Shown here: in pieces, positions 1 through 12,433 of the stretch
How positions within the stretch are numbered: position 1 is the stretch's first letter
Layout of the letters: each line of letters begins with the position of its first letter
From: Octopus sinensis
Lineage: Eukaryota
Assembly: GCF_006345805.1 (NCBI RefSeq)
Contig: NC_042997.1
Location: 89,342,001-89,406,000, forward strand
Reading direction: 5' to 3'
Length of the DNA stretch: 64,000 nucleotides
Made by a program: the position numbers and the translations under genes
The notes under the pieces: generated by a model
What the model was told of the DNA's origin: nothing
Database searches by the model: none
The model's input: only the letters and a program-made list of their open reading frames with translations

Positions 1-175
1 TCTGCTGTAAGCTACATTACAATTTTAATTTTCTTTCTTAATTTTATTATTAATTTTGCAGCAGTAGGGCTATGTTTGTCCCCTTTTTGAGAGGTTGTTA
101 AACTAAAGGATCAAGATCATTAGATGATATTGCATTACTAAGCCTCACTTGAGCTGATCAAATGTAACCAATGAT

Positions 176-470
176 CAGCCTAAGGGACATAATGATCTAA
201 GATTTAAGGCTCAAATATGTTTCCCTTTTTTTGTTGTGTTTAGGGAGTCATTACATCAATAACATAGGGATTTTGACCCTGGATAGCCAAAAGGACATGA
301 TGTTGATCAAAGATTTAAAGCTCAAATATATGTTTCCTTTTTTTTTTTGTGTCTAGGGAGTCATTATGCTAATATTAATAATGTGGGACTTTGACCCTGG
401 CCAGCCTAAGTGACATGATGTTGATCTAAGATTTAAGGCTCAAATATGTTACCTTTTTTTTTGTTGTGTC
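176..470 (+). repeat. Tandem repeat, ~110-118-bp unit, ~2.6 copies
   Basis: agcc(t)aa.gacat..gatctaagatttaaggctcaaatatgtt recurs at 176, 284 and 402. Confidence 0.85.
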
Positions 471-1155
471 AGCTGTCTCATCCATATGCATCACAGTCTT
501 CTTTCTTGCATACTACATTTGATTCTTCTTATTAATTTTTCTCTCAACATATTTGTACTTTGTTATTCATCCACACTTAACGTTACACATCCAGTAGAAC
601 ATGCTAACATAATTTCTTTCTAGTCTTTTCAAGTCCTTTACATTCAAGGCTCATGTCTTACTACTATGCAGTTTTGCAATTCTAACATAAACATCACAAT
701 ACATGACTGGATTCTTTCAGTTTCCTTTTACCAGATCTATTTATAAGGCTTTGGTCAGCGTAGGGCCATAGTAGAAGACACTTGCCTAAGGCACCATGCA
801 GTAAGACTGAACCCAAAACTGTATGTTTGAAAAGCAAATTTCATTATCACACAGCTGTACTTGTGCCATCCCACAAATTTCTGAGTGTCCTATACTAAAA
901 ATTAGGTCTTAGAACAGGTACACTGTACCCTGGTTAATTGTAAGAGGTAACTAAAAGGGTTGGCATCAGAAAGGGTATCTGGCTGTAAAATACTGCTGTA
1001 GAAAGCCTCTACAATTCATGCCAGTAAAAAGATGACTAATGATTCTTCAGCTTAGAAGCAAGTATTTTTTAAGTTCACATAATATATTGTAAAATGTATT
1101 ACTTTATCTGATTAATATTTCAATAATGCATTTCTGTTCTGTTGTGTTAATAAAG

Positions 1156-1268
1156 CAAAAGTCATTGAAAGCTACTGAGGAATCCATCAATGTTGCTGAA
1201 CTAAAGAAAGAAATTCAGAATATGTCTCAGGAGAAGAAAACTCTGGAAGAACAATATGATGAACTTGA
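1156..1268 (+). CDS. RAD50: RAD50 exon A (QKSLKATEESINVAELKKEIQNMSQEKKTLEEQYDEL)
   Basis: taaag|CAA acceptor, GA|gtatgt donor; aligns to human [25 protein letters not shown]. Confidence 0.88.
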
Positions 1269-2885
1269 GTATGTAATTATTTAATTTAATATTTTGATAT
1301 TGCAATTTTCAAATAATATCATCATTGGTTACAAATTTCCAATTAGCCAATTAGTGGTTTGTTCACTGAGAGTAATAGTGGCAAGGTAAACTTGGTAAAC
1401 TTTTAAGAGCACTGCTTTTTCTCTTCTTCTTTTGGGCTGATGTTTATATCTTCATCAAAATAAAGTGAAAGGTACAAATGAGCATGCAATCTCACATGGA
1501 TTTGTGTGTGAGTATACACATTGTAGAAAAGATTATTATTGTTGTTGTTATGCAGTGTCCAGTACACTTTCAGATTCCTGAGGTGTGTGCAACATTGTCT
1601 TTTAAGAGAGTAGAATTGCTGTTTGTATACTCTTTTCTATAATTGTAGTGTTTCTAGTTTACTTGAGTGTTTCATCTGTTTGTTGTGTAGAATATGTGGC
1701 ATGTGATTTCTGTCATTTTTGGGAGTTCAGTAGTGATTGCATATAGTTTTTATTAGTAGCAGTAGCACTGATGTGTCATTGAAGACTACCTATTTATATT
1801 TACTAATAACAACATCATCACCGTTCATCATTGCCATTTAACAGCCATTTCTCATTGCATGAGTTAGACAGAATTTATTGAGGCAGATTTTCTACAGCTG
1901 GATGCCCTTCCTGTCACCAACCCTTAGGTGAGGGTTGGTGACAGGTAATATTTCCCCATGACCAGATATATCTCAGAAGATTGAAAATGAAGGATACTGC
2001 TTGCATGACAGTGATACCCACTTACAACTATCCTGTAATATCATGGCAAGGAGATAGTAATGTACACACTGTGTGGGCTTCCACACAGTCTCCATCTATC
2101 AGATCCACTCACTAGGCTTTAGTTGGCCCATGACTAATGTAGAAAATATTTAGCCAAATTGCCATGCGCTTTTGGCAATTAAATTTGTTAATTCCCTCCA
2201 CGCCTTTCTTTTGATTAGCTATTTTATGTATGTGTTTAGGTCAAAATTAGCCCTTAGTAAACTGCATTTAATTTTATTTAAATTTTGGAGTGTGGAGTAC
2301 CCACCACTCATGATCACCACCCGCTGCATGCCCCTCCACTATTCCTAACATGCTTGCCTACACACACTCCATGCCCTCACATATCTACCATTCCCACCTC
2401 CCAGCCACTTCAGTTTTCCTCACCATTACTTACTACAGTCTCCTTTTCCCTTCTCTAAACATCTCCCCTTAAACTCTTATAGAACATCCTCCTCTTTTCG
2501 CCTTTCTTTTCCTACTGGGGTGGCCAAGTATCTCCTCTATAGTAAGACACATATCTATCCTTCTATTATGTTTCAATCTCTCAACTGGCAAAAAGCCACC
2601 ACCCTCAAATCCATTCCCTCTCCCAGTTGAGAAGTCTTTGTTTTGTAAGATTTTTGGCAACCCTGCTGGTGTTGGTGCCACGTCAAAAGCACCAGTGCTG
2701 GTGCCACATAAAAAGCATCCAGTACACTCGACAAAGTGATGAGCATTAGAAAAGGCATCCAGCTGTAGAAACCATGCCAGCAGAGAAGACAGACATTAAA
2801 TGATGATGAGGTATCACTTCTAACCATAATAGTTGTTATTGTCATTAATTTGTTAAATTCTGATGTTTTCAGTATCTCTTTTCAG

Positions 2886-2984
2886 TGGTCTTCTAAAAAA
2901 GATGCATCAACATTCTACTGTACAGACTCAGATCAGTATGTTAGACAAAGAGAAAACTGCAAAAGAAGAACAAATTAAAAAATG
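2886..2984 (+). CDS. RAD50: RAD50 exon B (GLLKKMHQHSTVQTQISMLDKEKTAKEEQIKK)
   Basis: ttcag| acceptor, |gtatga donor; phase 2-2; aligns to human [28 protein letters not shown]. Confidence 0.93.
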
Positions 2985-3657
2985 GTATGAAATGTGTTTT
3001 CTAGCATGGAACTTTTTCTCGTGACTGATTTAATTTACCCTTTTGTCACCATATTACACTTGTTTCAATTAATTTTGAAAATAACAAAGAATTCATAAAA
3101 ATAACTTTTTCATCATGAAGCTGGCATTTGAAACATAAATTAACATGAAATTTTAACTGAAGGTTTTAATTCAGATCACTTTGAAACAAAAAGTTTATAT
3201 CTTAGGACTAAGGTGGGTTGGTATCAAAAGGTTTCGATATGTTACACATGGTTACACACTGGGCACAGTCATTCTAGGTTTTTTGTTTCCACTGTTTTGA
3301 CATTTTAGAAAATATTCGTTTGAAGTAATTATCTGTTCAGTTGGATACTCCCTCTATCACTATCTGCTAAGCTAAAGTCTCTACTAAGTGTTAAGTTAGA
3401 CCCCCTTCCTATTACTTTCTCCCAGGACTGAAATCTAGCAAGCTAGCTCAAGAAAGGCTATCTGTGTTGATCACCAGCACAGCACTGGATGAATTTAAAA
3501 CTATAGTTAGTGGTAGTACAGTACCTGTCGTTGCACTTACTTCAAACTAATAAAGTTACTAACCCTGAAAGTGTTCCCTGTGTTACCTTTAAATAATACA
3601 TGCAAGAGCAAGTCCCTGTCTTCATCAGATTCTTTTATCTGTGTGTATATGTTTCAT

Positions 3658-3985
3658 CATCATCATCATTTAGCGTCCGTTTTCCATGCTAGCATGGGTT
3701 GGACGGTTTAACTGGGGTCTGTGAAGCCGGAAGGCTTCATCAGGCCCAGTCAGATTTGGCAGTGTTTCTACGGCTGGATGCCCTTCCTAACGCCAACCAC
3801 TCCGCGAGTGTAGTGGGTGTTTTTTACGTGCCACCTGCACAGGTGCCAGACAGAGCTGGCAAACGGCCACGAACGGACAGTGCTTTTACGTGTCACCGGC
3901 ACGGGGGCCAGCCGAGGCTGGCAACGAACACGAACGGATGGTGCTTTTACGTGCCACCGACACGGGGGCCAGACAGAGCTTTTTA
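3658..3985 (-). mobile_element. Young retroelement 3' end/SINE with (GAT)n tail and ~62-bp internal subrepeats
   Basis: Begins (cat)n-ttagcgtccgttttccatgc; three gtgcttttacgtgccacc units; CpGs intact. Many older copies occur across the window (e.g. 2680-2810, 9960-10120, 44540-44830, 47750-47970, 49210-49420). Confidence 0.8.
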
Positions 3986-4285
3986 TACATAAATATATAT
4001 TATATATATATGATGAACTCTCCTGTTGAGCATTCTGCTTTTGCCAAACAACCGGCACACAAATGATTTGTTTATAGTGATCAAATGTTCGTGCCACACA
4101 TTATCTCACTCTCTCCATCCAAATGATGTTATTTGAACATGCACTGTCAGATGTTGAAGTGATCTCAGAGCAACATAAAATGAAGTGTTTTGCTCAAGAG
4201 CACAACATAACACCTGGTCTAGCAATTAAAATCATGATTTCATGATTGTGAGTACAACCCCCTGTCCACCAAACCATGTGCCCAC

Positions 4286-4325
<40 letters not shown>

Positions 4326-4916
4326 CTCTTGTCAGCTTCAACATATGAGTGTCTAACAACCAATAGTTGTGAGACTGCCTAAACAGCTGCTTTGTTTTCA
4401 TTAGTGAAGTTTTGCATAAAATCAGCCACACCATACTCTTTGGAAATGCTGATAGCAGAAATGTGGTGCAAATGTTTGCCACAAACTCAATAAACAATGT
4501 GCTTTAGGCTTGTTTGTCAGAGTTTTCCATCTCCTAGGTTAGTTAACTTCACCTAAGCTTAGAGCCTAACACATTCAGTCATCTTGCATGCAAAGAAAAA
4601 TCCAAGCTTGCACTACACATTTGTAATCTAGATGTATGCACAGGAAAGGTGGCATTAGTTTGGCAAGAAAGAATAAAGTCAGATACATTTTGAATGCATC
4701 TTTGTATAAAGGAAGTCATTCTTTGACTACAAGATAATTTATAGCTGAGTGAAGCCTTTTTTAGCAGTTAGTATATCCAAACACTGCTGCTATAAGCGAT
4801 AAAGTATTTTTTGTAATCCAGGTACAAGCATACTTTGGTAGAAGGTTTGAATTTTTATTCATAATTTATTTTTTTTATTTATAAGATTCTGTTTGCCTCA
4901 CTTACTAGATTTAAAC

Positions 4917-5166
4917 CAATGGTTCCCAAACTTTTCCAGGCTGCCTCCCTCTTAACACACAGGCCACATTCCTAGTGCCCCCACCCCAACTAACCATCAC
5001 AAACATAGACCTCTTTCTGAAGCAAATTCAAAACAACTGTATTTCACAAATAATACTTAACCTAATGAGCCCATTATTTTGTTACTTTTACATGAATCAC
5101 TACCCCTTTATCACCCCACTTCAATGCCCCCTTGCAACTTTCCACCACCCACTTTGGGAACCACTG
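4917..5166. mobile_element. hAT (Charlie/Buster-like) MITE, family 1
   Basis: TIR caatggttcccaaa / tttgggaaccactg; perfect 8-bp TSD atttaaac. Confidence 0.92.
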
Positions 5167-5716
5167 ATTTAAACTGTTTCTATTTCCATTTAGAATTTTG
5201 TGTTATACTATGTATGTATGGCTTTAAAAAACCATTGCTACTACAGTATCAAAGTTTCCAAGTTTGTGAATGTACTTTTACTCTCTAATACTTAAATTCA
5301 ATATCTGTAGTGTTAAGCAGCTAATTGATAGATATACCTATGGATTGACATAATTATTTTCATAGAGAGAAAAATGAGAATTTATATAGAAACCTGATGT
5401 TATTTTCTGTAGCTAGTAGATTAGGTCTGAAACATTTAAAATTGATGTGTGGCATAAATGAAAGCTTAGATATCATCTGACAAAAATTATCATCAAAGGA
5501 GAAAGTTGTTTTATAAATATGTTTGCATCAGTTAAGTTAAAAATCTGAATTTTCCTCTCTTTCCTGTATTCATAATATAAATAGGAAGTATTTAAAATTT
5601 TATTTGCTTTATCTAAAAATATAGTATTGTCTCCAGCAATTATATTCAAAGAAATACCATGCAGGTCTAATTCAGAACATCAAAATATAACTTTATTTTC
5701 ATTCTTTTGTTATTAG

Positions 5717-5803
5717 TAAATCACGCCATGAAACCAGCATTATTCATCTTTTGGGAGAAATGCCACGTAATGATCTCCGTGGAACTTTGGATGAATATGT
5801 GAG
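5717..5803 (+). CDS. RAD50: RAD50 exon C (KSRHETSIIHLLGEMPRNDLRGTLDEYV)
   Basis: tattag| acceptor, AG|gtaaaa donor; aligns to human KSRHSDELTSLLGYFP. Confidence 0.93.
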
Positions 5804-7005
5804 GTAAAAACCCTTTATATTTATCATAATTCTGCCATAGTGAAGAAGTTAATTTTTATCAGCCTTAGTGGAGAGGGTCATTTTTAGGCTTCTGTCTAAA
5901 CAAACAATTTAAATTGGTTCTTTGTATTGCAAACCAAGTGTGATAGTTGTGAGGATATAAAGTCATATAGAAATAGACTTTGAAGTGAGAGACCTAGAAT
6001 CAGCTTTGAGTAAAAATTAAATGACATTAAATTAGAACTTGCAGACTTCATCCTTGTGAAATTTTTTTGAAGTCAGGACATTGAGACAACAGCAGGTATG
6101 GCTGTATGGCAAACAAAGTGGCTTTGCAAGTATGTATGTGCTTCTAGGTTTGATTTTGCTGCATGGCTCCTTGGGTAAATGTCTTCTTTTATAGCCTTGG
6201 ATTGGCCAATACCTTGCAAGTGGGATTTGGTAGATGTGTGTTTGTGCATGTGAATACACACAAACACATACATATCAGATGTCACTTGCAATGGAGTATG
6301 ACTTGAAAGTGGTAAAAACTTTCCCTCACGTGTATCATGCCTTCCACTGCCAGTCAGCATACAAAGATATTTTGGTTGACTAACACTAGTCTCAAAAGTC
6401 CATATTAAAGTTATGCTTTTAAAATGTATACCCAATCAGCTGAAGGTACACATGACATTCTGAAAAGTATATATACCAGCACACATCCTTATTTAATACC
6501 ATTTGTCACTTGTAAGGCTGTCATCAACTTTCAATTGTCTTCTGTCTTGGTGTGGCAAAATTCACTACACCAGAGCAGTAAACTTGTCAGGACATGTGTA
6601 CATGACCATGAATCTCTTGAGTCCTTCATGACTGACAGTGTTCAGTGCATTTGTAAGGTCAATAAAGGTTGTATTTAACACCACAAACTGGCCCTTGGAA
6701 AATCTTAAGCAGCATCCACTTCGTTGAAAACGTTTAGGCCGAGTTATGACTCTGGTCTGATGATAAATTACCCCTGTCAGTCACAAAGGCCTTGAAATGG
6801 ATTTTAGCACAACTTAAGAAGCTTGCTTCCTAACCATGTGGTCTTGGGTTCAACCCCACAGCATGGTATCTTAGGCCAGTGTCTTCTATCATAGATCTTG
6901 GCTAACCAAAGACTTGTGAGCAGAGTTTTTAGAAGGAAACTAAAGAAGACACTCCATTGTGTATGCATGTATAACATATACATTGTACATTCATACATAC
7001 ACATG

Positions 7006-7403
7006 TATTGTTGTATTTTGGGATGGTCTTTTTTTGTTTTCTTTTTGCCAAATAAACACATGCACTAATATAATCATTCTTCACTCGTTTATTACTGTTC
7101 TTATTCTAACTCATGTCCATTGTCCAGAAATCTTTCATCACACATTTGTGACCTTCTCAGTGACACTTTCCATCTTTGTGTGTGCTCTTGCTTTGCTTAT
7201 TCCATTCTAATAGAATAAGCAGAGCAAGAGCACACCCGAAGATGGACAGTGTTGCTGAGGAAGTCACAGATGTGTGACAAAAGATTTCCGGACAATGGAC
7301 GTGATTTAGAATAAAATCATTAATAAATGAGTGAAGAGCGAATATATTGTGTGTGTTTATTTAGCAAAAAATAAAAAAATAACCATCCTGAAATACAGCA
7401 ATA
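7006..7403. mobile_element. Fold-back element/MITE (~195-bp imperfect arms, 10-nt loop)
   Basis: Left arm 7006-7202 is the reverse complement of 7213-7403 with scattered mismatches; TA at both outer ends. Confidence 0.85.
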
Positions 7404-7448
7404 TCTGTTTCAACACATGACTTCACATCAAGAATCTTGCAACACAAA

Positions 7449-7495
<47 letters not shown>

Positions 7496-7761
7496 TATAT
7501 ATAGTTATTAGAGAGATATCAATCCAGGCAAAATACTTTATAAGCTCTCTGATAGCACACTAGGCTAACAATATTGTTTAGAGTAGTAAATAACTCCACA
7601 TATACTTGTGGCAGGGTCTGAGGTCATAGTCATCATCATTCTATATTGTAAATTCATAGTTCTGTTCCAGTTATACTGGTTTACTACGATAAAGAAAAAT
7701 ATTTAATGACCATTATTTATACCTAGTCTTTTACACACACACACGCACACACAAACATGTA

Positions 7762-9040
7762 CTAGGTTGTTCCGAAAATAATGGCTGCTCTAAGTGTTGT
7801 GTTTTGAAACGCAAATTTATCATAGTATTTTAATTATATGTTAGGTGAATTTCAACATACTTAATAATTGATGTATGCTCTTTAATAATATTCTAGTTAT
7901 TTCAGACAGAAAACATTCTTGAAGCATAAGCACCGTTAATTATGAATATGACAAAAAAGGACCTTCGCTTACTTTTCTTGCATGAGTTCAAGCTTGGACA
8001 CGATGCCTCCCAAACTGCTGCCAATATCAACAGAGCATGGGGGAGGGGTCCACAAGTGATCGCACAGAACAAAGGTGGTTTCAGAAATTCCATAGTGGTA
8101 ATGAGAGCCTTGAAGATGAAGAAGGTAGAGGATGGTTATGCAGTCTTGACAGTGAACAATTGAAAGTAATTGTTGAACAAAACCCCGTGTCAAAGTGTCA
8201 GAGAAATGTCTCAGGCACTTGGAATTACAGCAGTCTCACGCAATCTGCAGAAGATTGGTAAGGTGAAAAAGCTTGATAAATGGGTACTGTATGAGCTTAA
8301 TGAAACTCAAAAAGTTTGGCATTTGAAGTGTGCTTGATGCTCCTTTTGTGAAACAACAATGATTCTTTTCTTGACCAAATAGTCACTTGTGTGACAAAAA
8401 GTAGATCCTTTATGATAACTGTAAATGATCAGGTCAATGGCTTGATCACAATGAGTGTTCTAAACATTTCCCAAAGCCAAAGTTGCATCAGCAAAAGATT
8501 ATGGTGACTGTCTGGTGGTCTGCAATTATGGTTGTCCATTACAGCTTTCTGGAAACCAATCAGAACATTATAGCTGAGGTTTACTACAATCAACTCACTG
8601 AAATGCATGCTCACTTGCTAAAAATAAGACCTGCATTGATGAATAGCATGGTCCAATTCTGTTCCACGATAATGCAAAGTCACATATTGCAAGAATGACG
8701 CTGCAGAAACTCACAGACTTGGGATACAAGACTTTACCACATCCTCCATATTTCTCCTGATCTTTCACCCACTGACTACCATTTTTTTAAGCATTTAAAC
8801 ATGTTTTTAAGTGATAAAACTTTTAGGTCCAAACCAGAGGTGGAATCAGCTTTCAAACATTTCTTAGCATCAAAGCCAATAAATTTTTATTAACGAGGTA
8901 TAAATAATTATGTTGATTGATGGCAGAGATGCATAGATATTCACAGCTCATACTTTGACTAATCAAAACATTTTTATTTTTTATTTTTCCAGAATAAAAT
9001 TATGTTTCTGAAATCAGCCATTATTTTCAGAACAACCTAA
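7762..9040 (+). mobile_element. Full-length (1279 bp) decayed mariner, cecropia/Hsmar1-like, in RAD50 intron C-D
   Basis: TIRs (c/t)taggttgtt(c)(c/t)gaaaataatggctg with TA target duplication at 7760-61 and 9041-42; transposase remnants LRLLFLHEFKLGH, RWFQKFHSGNESLEDEEG, WVLYEL, PDLSPTDYHFF. Confidence 0.95.
7942..8962 (+). pseudogene. Mariner transposase pseudogene
   Basis: Split over several frames by frameshifts and stops (ORFs 7942-8163, 8037-8261, 8483-8698); ends WQRCIDIHSSYFD*. Confidence 0.93.
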
Positions 9041-10206
9041 TACTTATAAGTACATACAGATGTATGTATATATATGCATATGTATGTGTGTGTTGTACCC
9101 TTGTCTTGATATCATGTGGTGGTTGTAAACAAGCATCACTGTCATACAAGCGTTGTTGTTTGTTCCTAGTCTTCTTTGAAAAACATGTTCAGCCCTGAGG
9201 AAATATTATCTCGGCTGGAAACTGGTGAGAGTTGTGACAGGAAGAGCATCTGGCTGTAGAAAACTTGCCTCAACAAATTCTGTCTGACCTATGCAAGAAT
9301 GGAAAAGTTGATTTTAAATGGTAAAGTTGATGGTGGCAGTGCAGCCACCGCTAAGTCATTTGATTAATCCATTAAAAAAAAAAGAAAAGAAAAATATGAT
9401 GCTGCTTCTAACTCATCTCCTGAAGTTAATGTACTGTGAACATCATGTCAACTGTATGTAGTATTTTTAGCTATATTTTGAGTTATTTAGGTATATTTAT
9501 AAAGCAAGTCATTTAATCAACATGTGTCTTTTATTATATATTCTAGTGATAGATTTCATTATTAACAAAGACAAAGGCAGCAAGGTGGCAGAATCGTTAG
9601 CATGCCAGGCATAATGCTTAGTGGCATTTTGTCCATCTTTACATTCTGAGTTCAAATTCCGCCAAGGTTGAATTTGCCTTTCATCTTTTCAGAGTTGATA
9701 AAATAAGTACCAGCTGAATACTGGGGTCGATGTAATTGACTTATCCCCTCCCTAAAATTGCTGGCCTTGTACCAAAATGTGAACCCTATGTGGTGAGCTG
9801 ACAGAATCATTAGCACACTGGGCAAAACTCTTTGTGGCATTTCATCCGTCTTTATGTTCTGTACTCTAGAAGACCCATCCTCCATAGCAGAAGTGTTAAG
9901 GCTGCATCCTCTGGTGAAGAGGATTAGCCAAGAGTCTTGTGTTGGTCCCATGTAAAAGCATCCAGCACACACTGTAATGTGGTTGGCATTAGGAAGGGCA
10001 TTCAGCCATAGAAACCAAGTTAAATCAAACTGGAACCTAGTTCAGCTTCCCAGCTTCTTGCCACTTTTGGTCAAACTGTCCAACCCGATGCAGCATGGAA
10101 AATGGATGTCAAAGGATGATATCGATCACTCGCACTCACACACACACCACACACACACACAAAATATCTATAAATCAAGCATTGATATTTTTCAAATTTT
10201 CTGCAG

Positions 10207-10299
10207 CAAACAGTCAAATAATGTTCAAAAGTCAACTGAAAAGTTGGATAAATTAAGGCAAGACCTGTCCAGTAAAGAAACTCAGAAGAGAATGCTCTT
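10207..10299 (+). CDS. RAD50: RAD50 exon D (KQSNNVQKSTEKLDKLRQDLSSKETQKRML)
   Basis: ctgcag| acceptor, |gtaagt donor; frame continuous with exons C and E. Confidence 0.92.
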
Positions 10300-11113
10300 G
10301 TAAGTTGATGTATTTTGTTTTGTTTTTAACCTTTTTATCTTCATTGAATATATGTAGTGGAGTTTCTGTTCTTGATTGATAGCAGTTGATATTAACTTTG
10401 AATTGTTGAAGACTAGAAGTGGGATTTTGAGAGATGTTGTGGACAGGCAGAATTTCAAGAGTATAATTTTGAAGAGAAATCTTGAACAAAGTGTTCAATA
10501 CAGAATGGACATTCCTTTTACTATTTGGTATGATATAGAATGTACTTGTGTCAGGAAGGGTCATTAAATACTTAGAACCCTTCATAATGTTAACTACTCA
10601 ACCATCTGACTAATTAACATACCTCTGTTCACCAACAAGCTATAACTAAAACCCATCTGATACACTGTGTTCACTTTCTGCTTTTTCTCTTATGTAACTT
10701 CTCTTTCTACTCATAGCCAATTTAACAGCACAAACTATTCTAAACCAGCATCAACCACTGAAAAATATAGCTTTAAGAAAATAGACTACTTAAAGAAACA
10801 CCTATATAATCCATAATTTTCTTATAAGCATCACTGAAAAACGTCATTTACAGCCATCATACTCAACAAACAAACACTACATACACACACATGCATACAT
10901 GTGCTTGACATGCATGTACATTCATGCACACATCTATGAGACAAAGACCAGCCAAGTAAAGAAAGCCAAATTACACTGTCTGTAGCAAGTTCTTATCTCC
11001 TGGCATATCTTGCACCAAAGTTGGTTTCCTCTATGTAGTAACTTCAGGTTATACTTATGAAATTACTTGGAATTAGTTTTCCACTTTTGTACCTATTACA
11101 CTGTGTAACATGA

Positions 11114-11552
11114 TTTTTGTCCTTGGGTAGCAACCATTATTTCTTATTTGCTTACCCTTAGAAACTATGAAAAATGGCTAATATTTCCTTGAAATTTTGC
11201 ATTTGTTACACTTAATCCCACTGAACATATGGCTGTGATGCTCCTACACTATTCCTGCTCATGATCAGAGATGCATATATTATCAGCCACTAAGGGACAT
11301 GCTCAAGTGGTTATGGTCAAGCAACTGACAAGCAAATCTGTGGTATTGAGCAGAATATTGGCTATAATCATACTTCTACTTCAGCAACTTAGAATTGAAT
11401 CTGTCTGAAGTGTAATGAAAAGTAGGTCAGATTCAAAACATTGATGTTCAGGTCACAAAAGCAAAGTTTGACGGGAATCATAGTCATTTCCTTTGATTTC
11501 TAAATAGGAGCTAAAGGAAATAACACTTACTGACCAAAGACAAAAAAAAAAA
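11114..11552. mobile_element. Unclassified TIR-bearing repeat, copy 1 (copy 2 at ~32663-33460)
   Basis: About 80% similarity between the two copies; ends ttttgtccttgggtagcaac / gttatttc..ctgaccaaagacaaaa are imperfect inverted repeats. Confidence 0.65.
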
Positions 11553-11637
11553 ATTGTTTCACTGTTATTTTATAAACTTTTTTTTTTATTTTGTAACATA
11601 ATTTATCTTATAAAATTTACATTTTCATTTCATGCAG

Positions 11638-11672
11638 AGAAGAGATGCGGAAAAGAGAGAATGAATTAAAAA
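11638..11672 (+). CDS. RAD50: RAD50 exon E, 35-nt microexon (EEMRKRENELK)
   Basis: catgcag| acceptor, |gtgagt donor; needed to convert phase 2 to phase 1; aligns to human NNELKRKEEQLS. Confidence 0.9.
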
Positions 11673-12342
11673 GTGAGTAAAAATGTTTTTGTTTTTTTTT
11701 CATAACAGCATATAACAATGACAATGTGTTGGATTGGCAGAATTAGCTGAGCATTCGGCAAAGTGCCATGAGATTTTAATTACTTTTCATGTTCTGAGTT
11801 TAAATCTTAAAAGAATCTAATGTGTTGAAAGTTGACTGTGGCAGGATTTGAACACAGAATGTTAAGACCTGTAACTAAATAATATGAAGCATTTTCTCTA
11901 ATGCCTTAACAATTCTGTCAAATCACTGCCTTAATCCATTTCTCAGTAACAACACCAACAGTTACCATTCTTGTTTGATCTACTAGAAGTAGCATTCAAA
12001 TCTCCCTCATACACACTCTACCATTTTAAGAAAAGGAGCAACACAGATTTTGTAGTCCTAAATAAACTATTCCTGAAAAAAGACAGGAGGGTTACAAACG
12101 GATTCCTTATCATAGGTCTACTCGATCAACTCCATCTGGTTGCTAATGTAAGTTGGTAGAGTCACCACTGTCCAAGTTAGCAAATTTTTATTCAGAATTA
12201 TTACCCTCCTAAACAGATCAAAGATCACATCTCACTCGGACTTTTTAAAAATTTTTATTTATTAATTTTTTTTGTGGCATAAATAATATTTCAAATCACT
12301 TGTTTCCCTAACTTACTTTTCTTTTGGTGACTATTTCTGCAG

Positions 12343-12433
12343 AGCTGGAAGAAAAGCTGCAAGATGCTTGTGGAGAGGACACTTTTGAAGATAGCTTACA
12401 GAGCATACAGCTAAAGCTCACTCAAGTGCAAGA
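12343..12433 (+). CDS. RAD50: RAD50 exon F (LEEKLQDACGEDTFEDSLQSIQLKLTQVQ)
   Basis: tgcag| acceptor, |gtaaga donor; aligns to human YEDKLFDVCGSQDFESDL. Confidence 0.95.

Noticed and set aside
3817-3985. CRISPR-like spaced repeats (gtgcttttacgtgccacc)
   Set aside because: Spacers are homologous to each other, the context is eukaryotic and there are no cas genes; these are tandem subrepeats.
3699-4097. GC-rich overlapping ORFs (3699-3992, 3768-4097; likewise 27074-27457)
   Set aside because: They lie in the non-coding (GAT)n-tailed repeat; openness reflects GC content, with no protein motifs.
5110-5119. Perfect SRE-like ATCACCCCAC, and a near match at ~57069 upstream of SPRING1
   Set aside because: The perfect match is inside a hAT MITE 52 kb from SPRING1; the proximal one has two mismatches and is expected by chance.
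6755-6800. CTGATGA hammerhead core-like word (also GAAACG-like at ~16328, minus strand)
   Set aside because: No supporting stem II or stem I pairing could be found.
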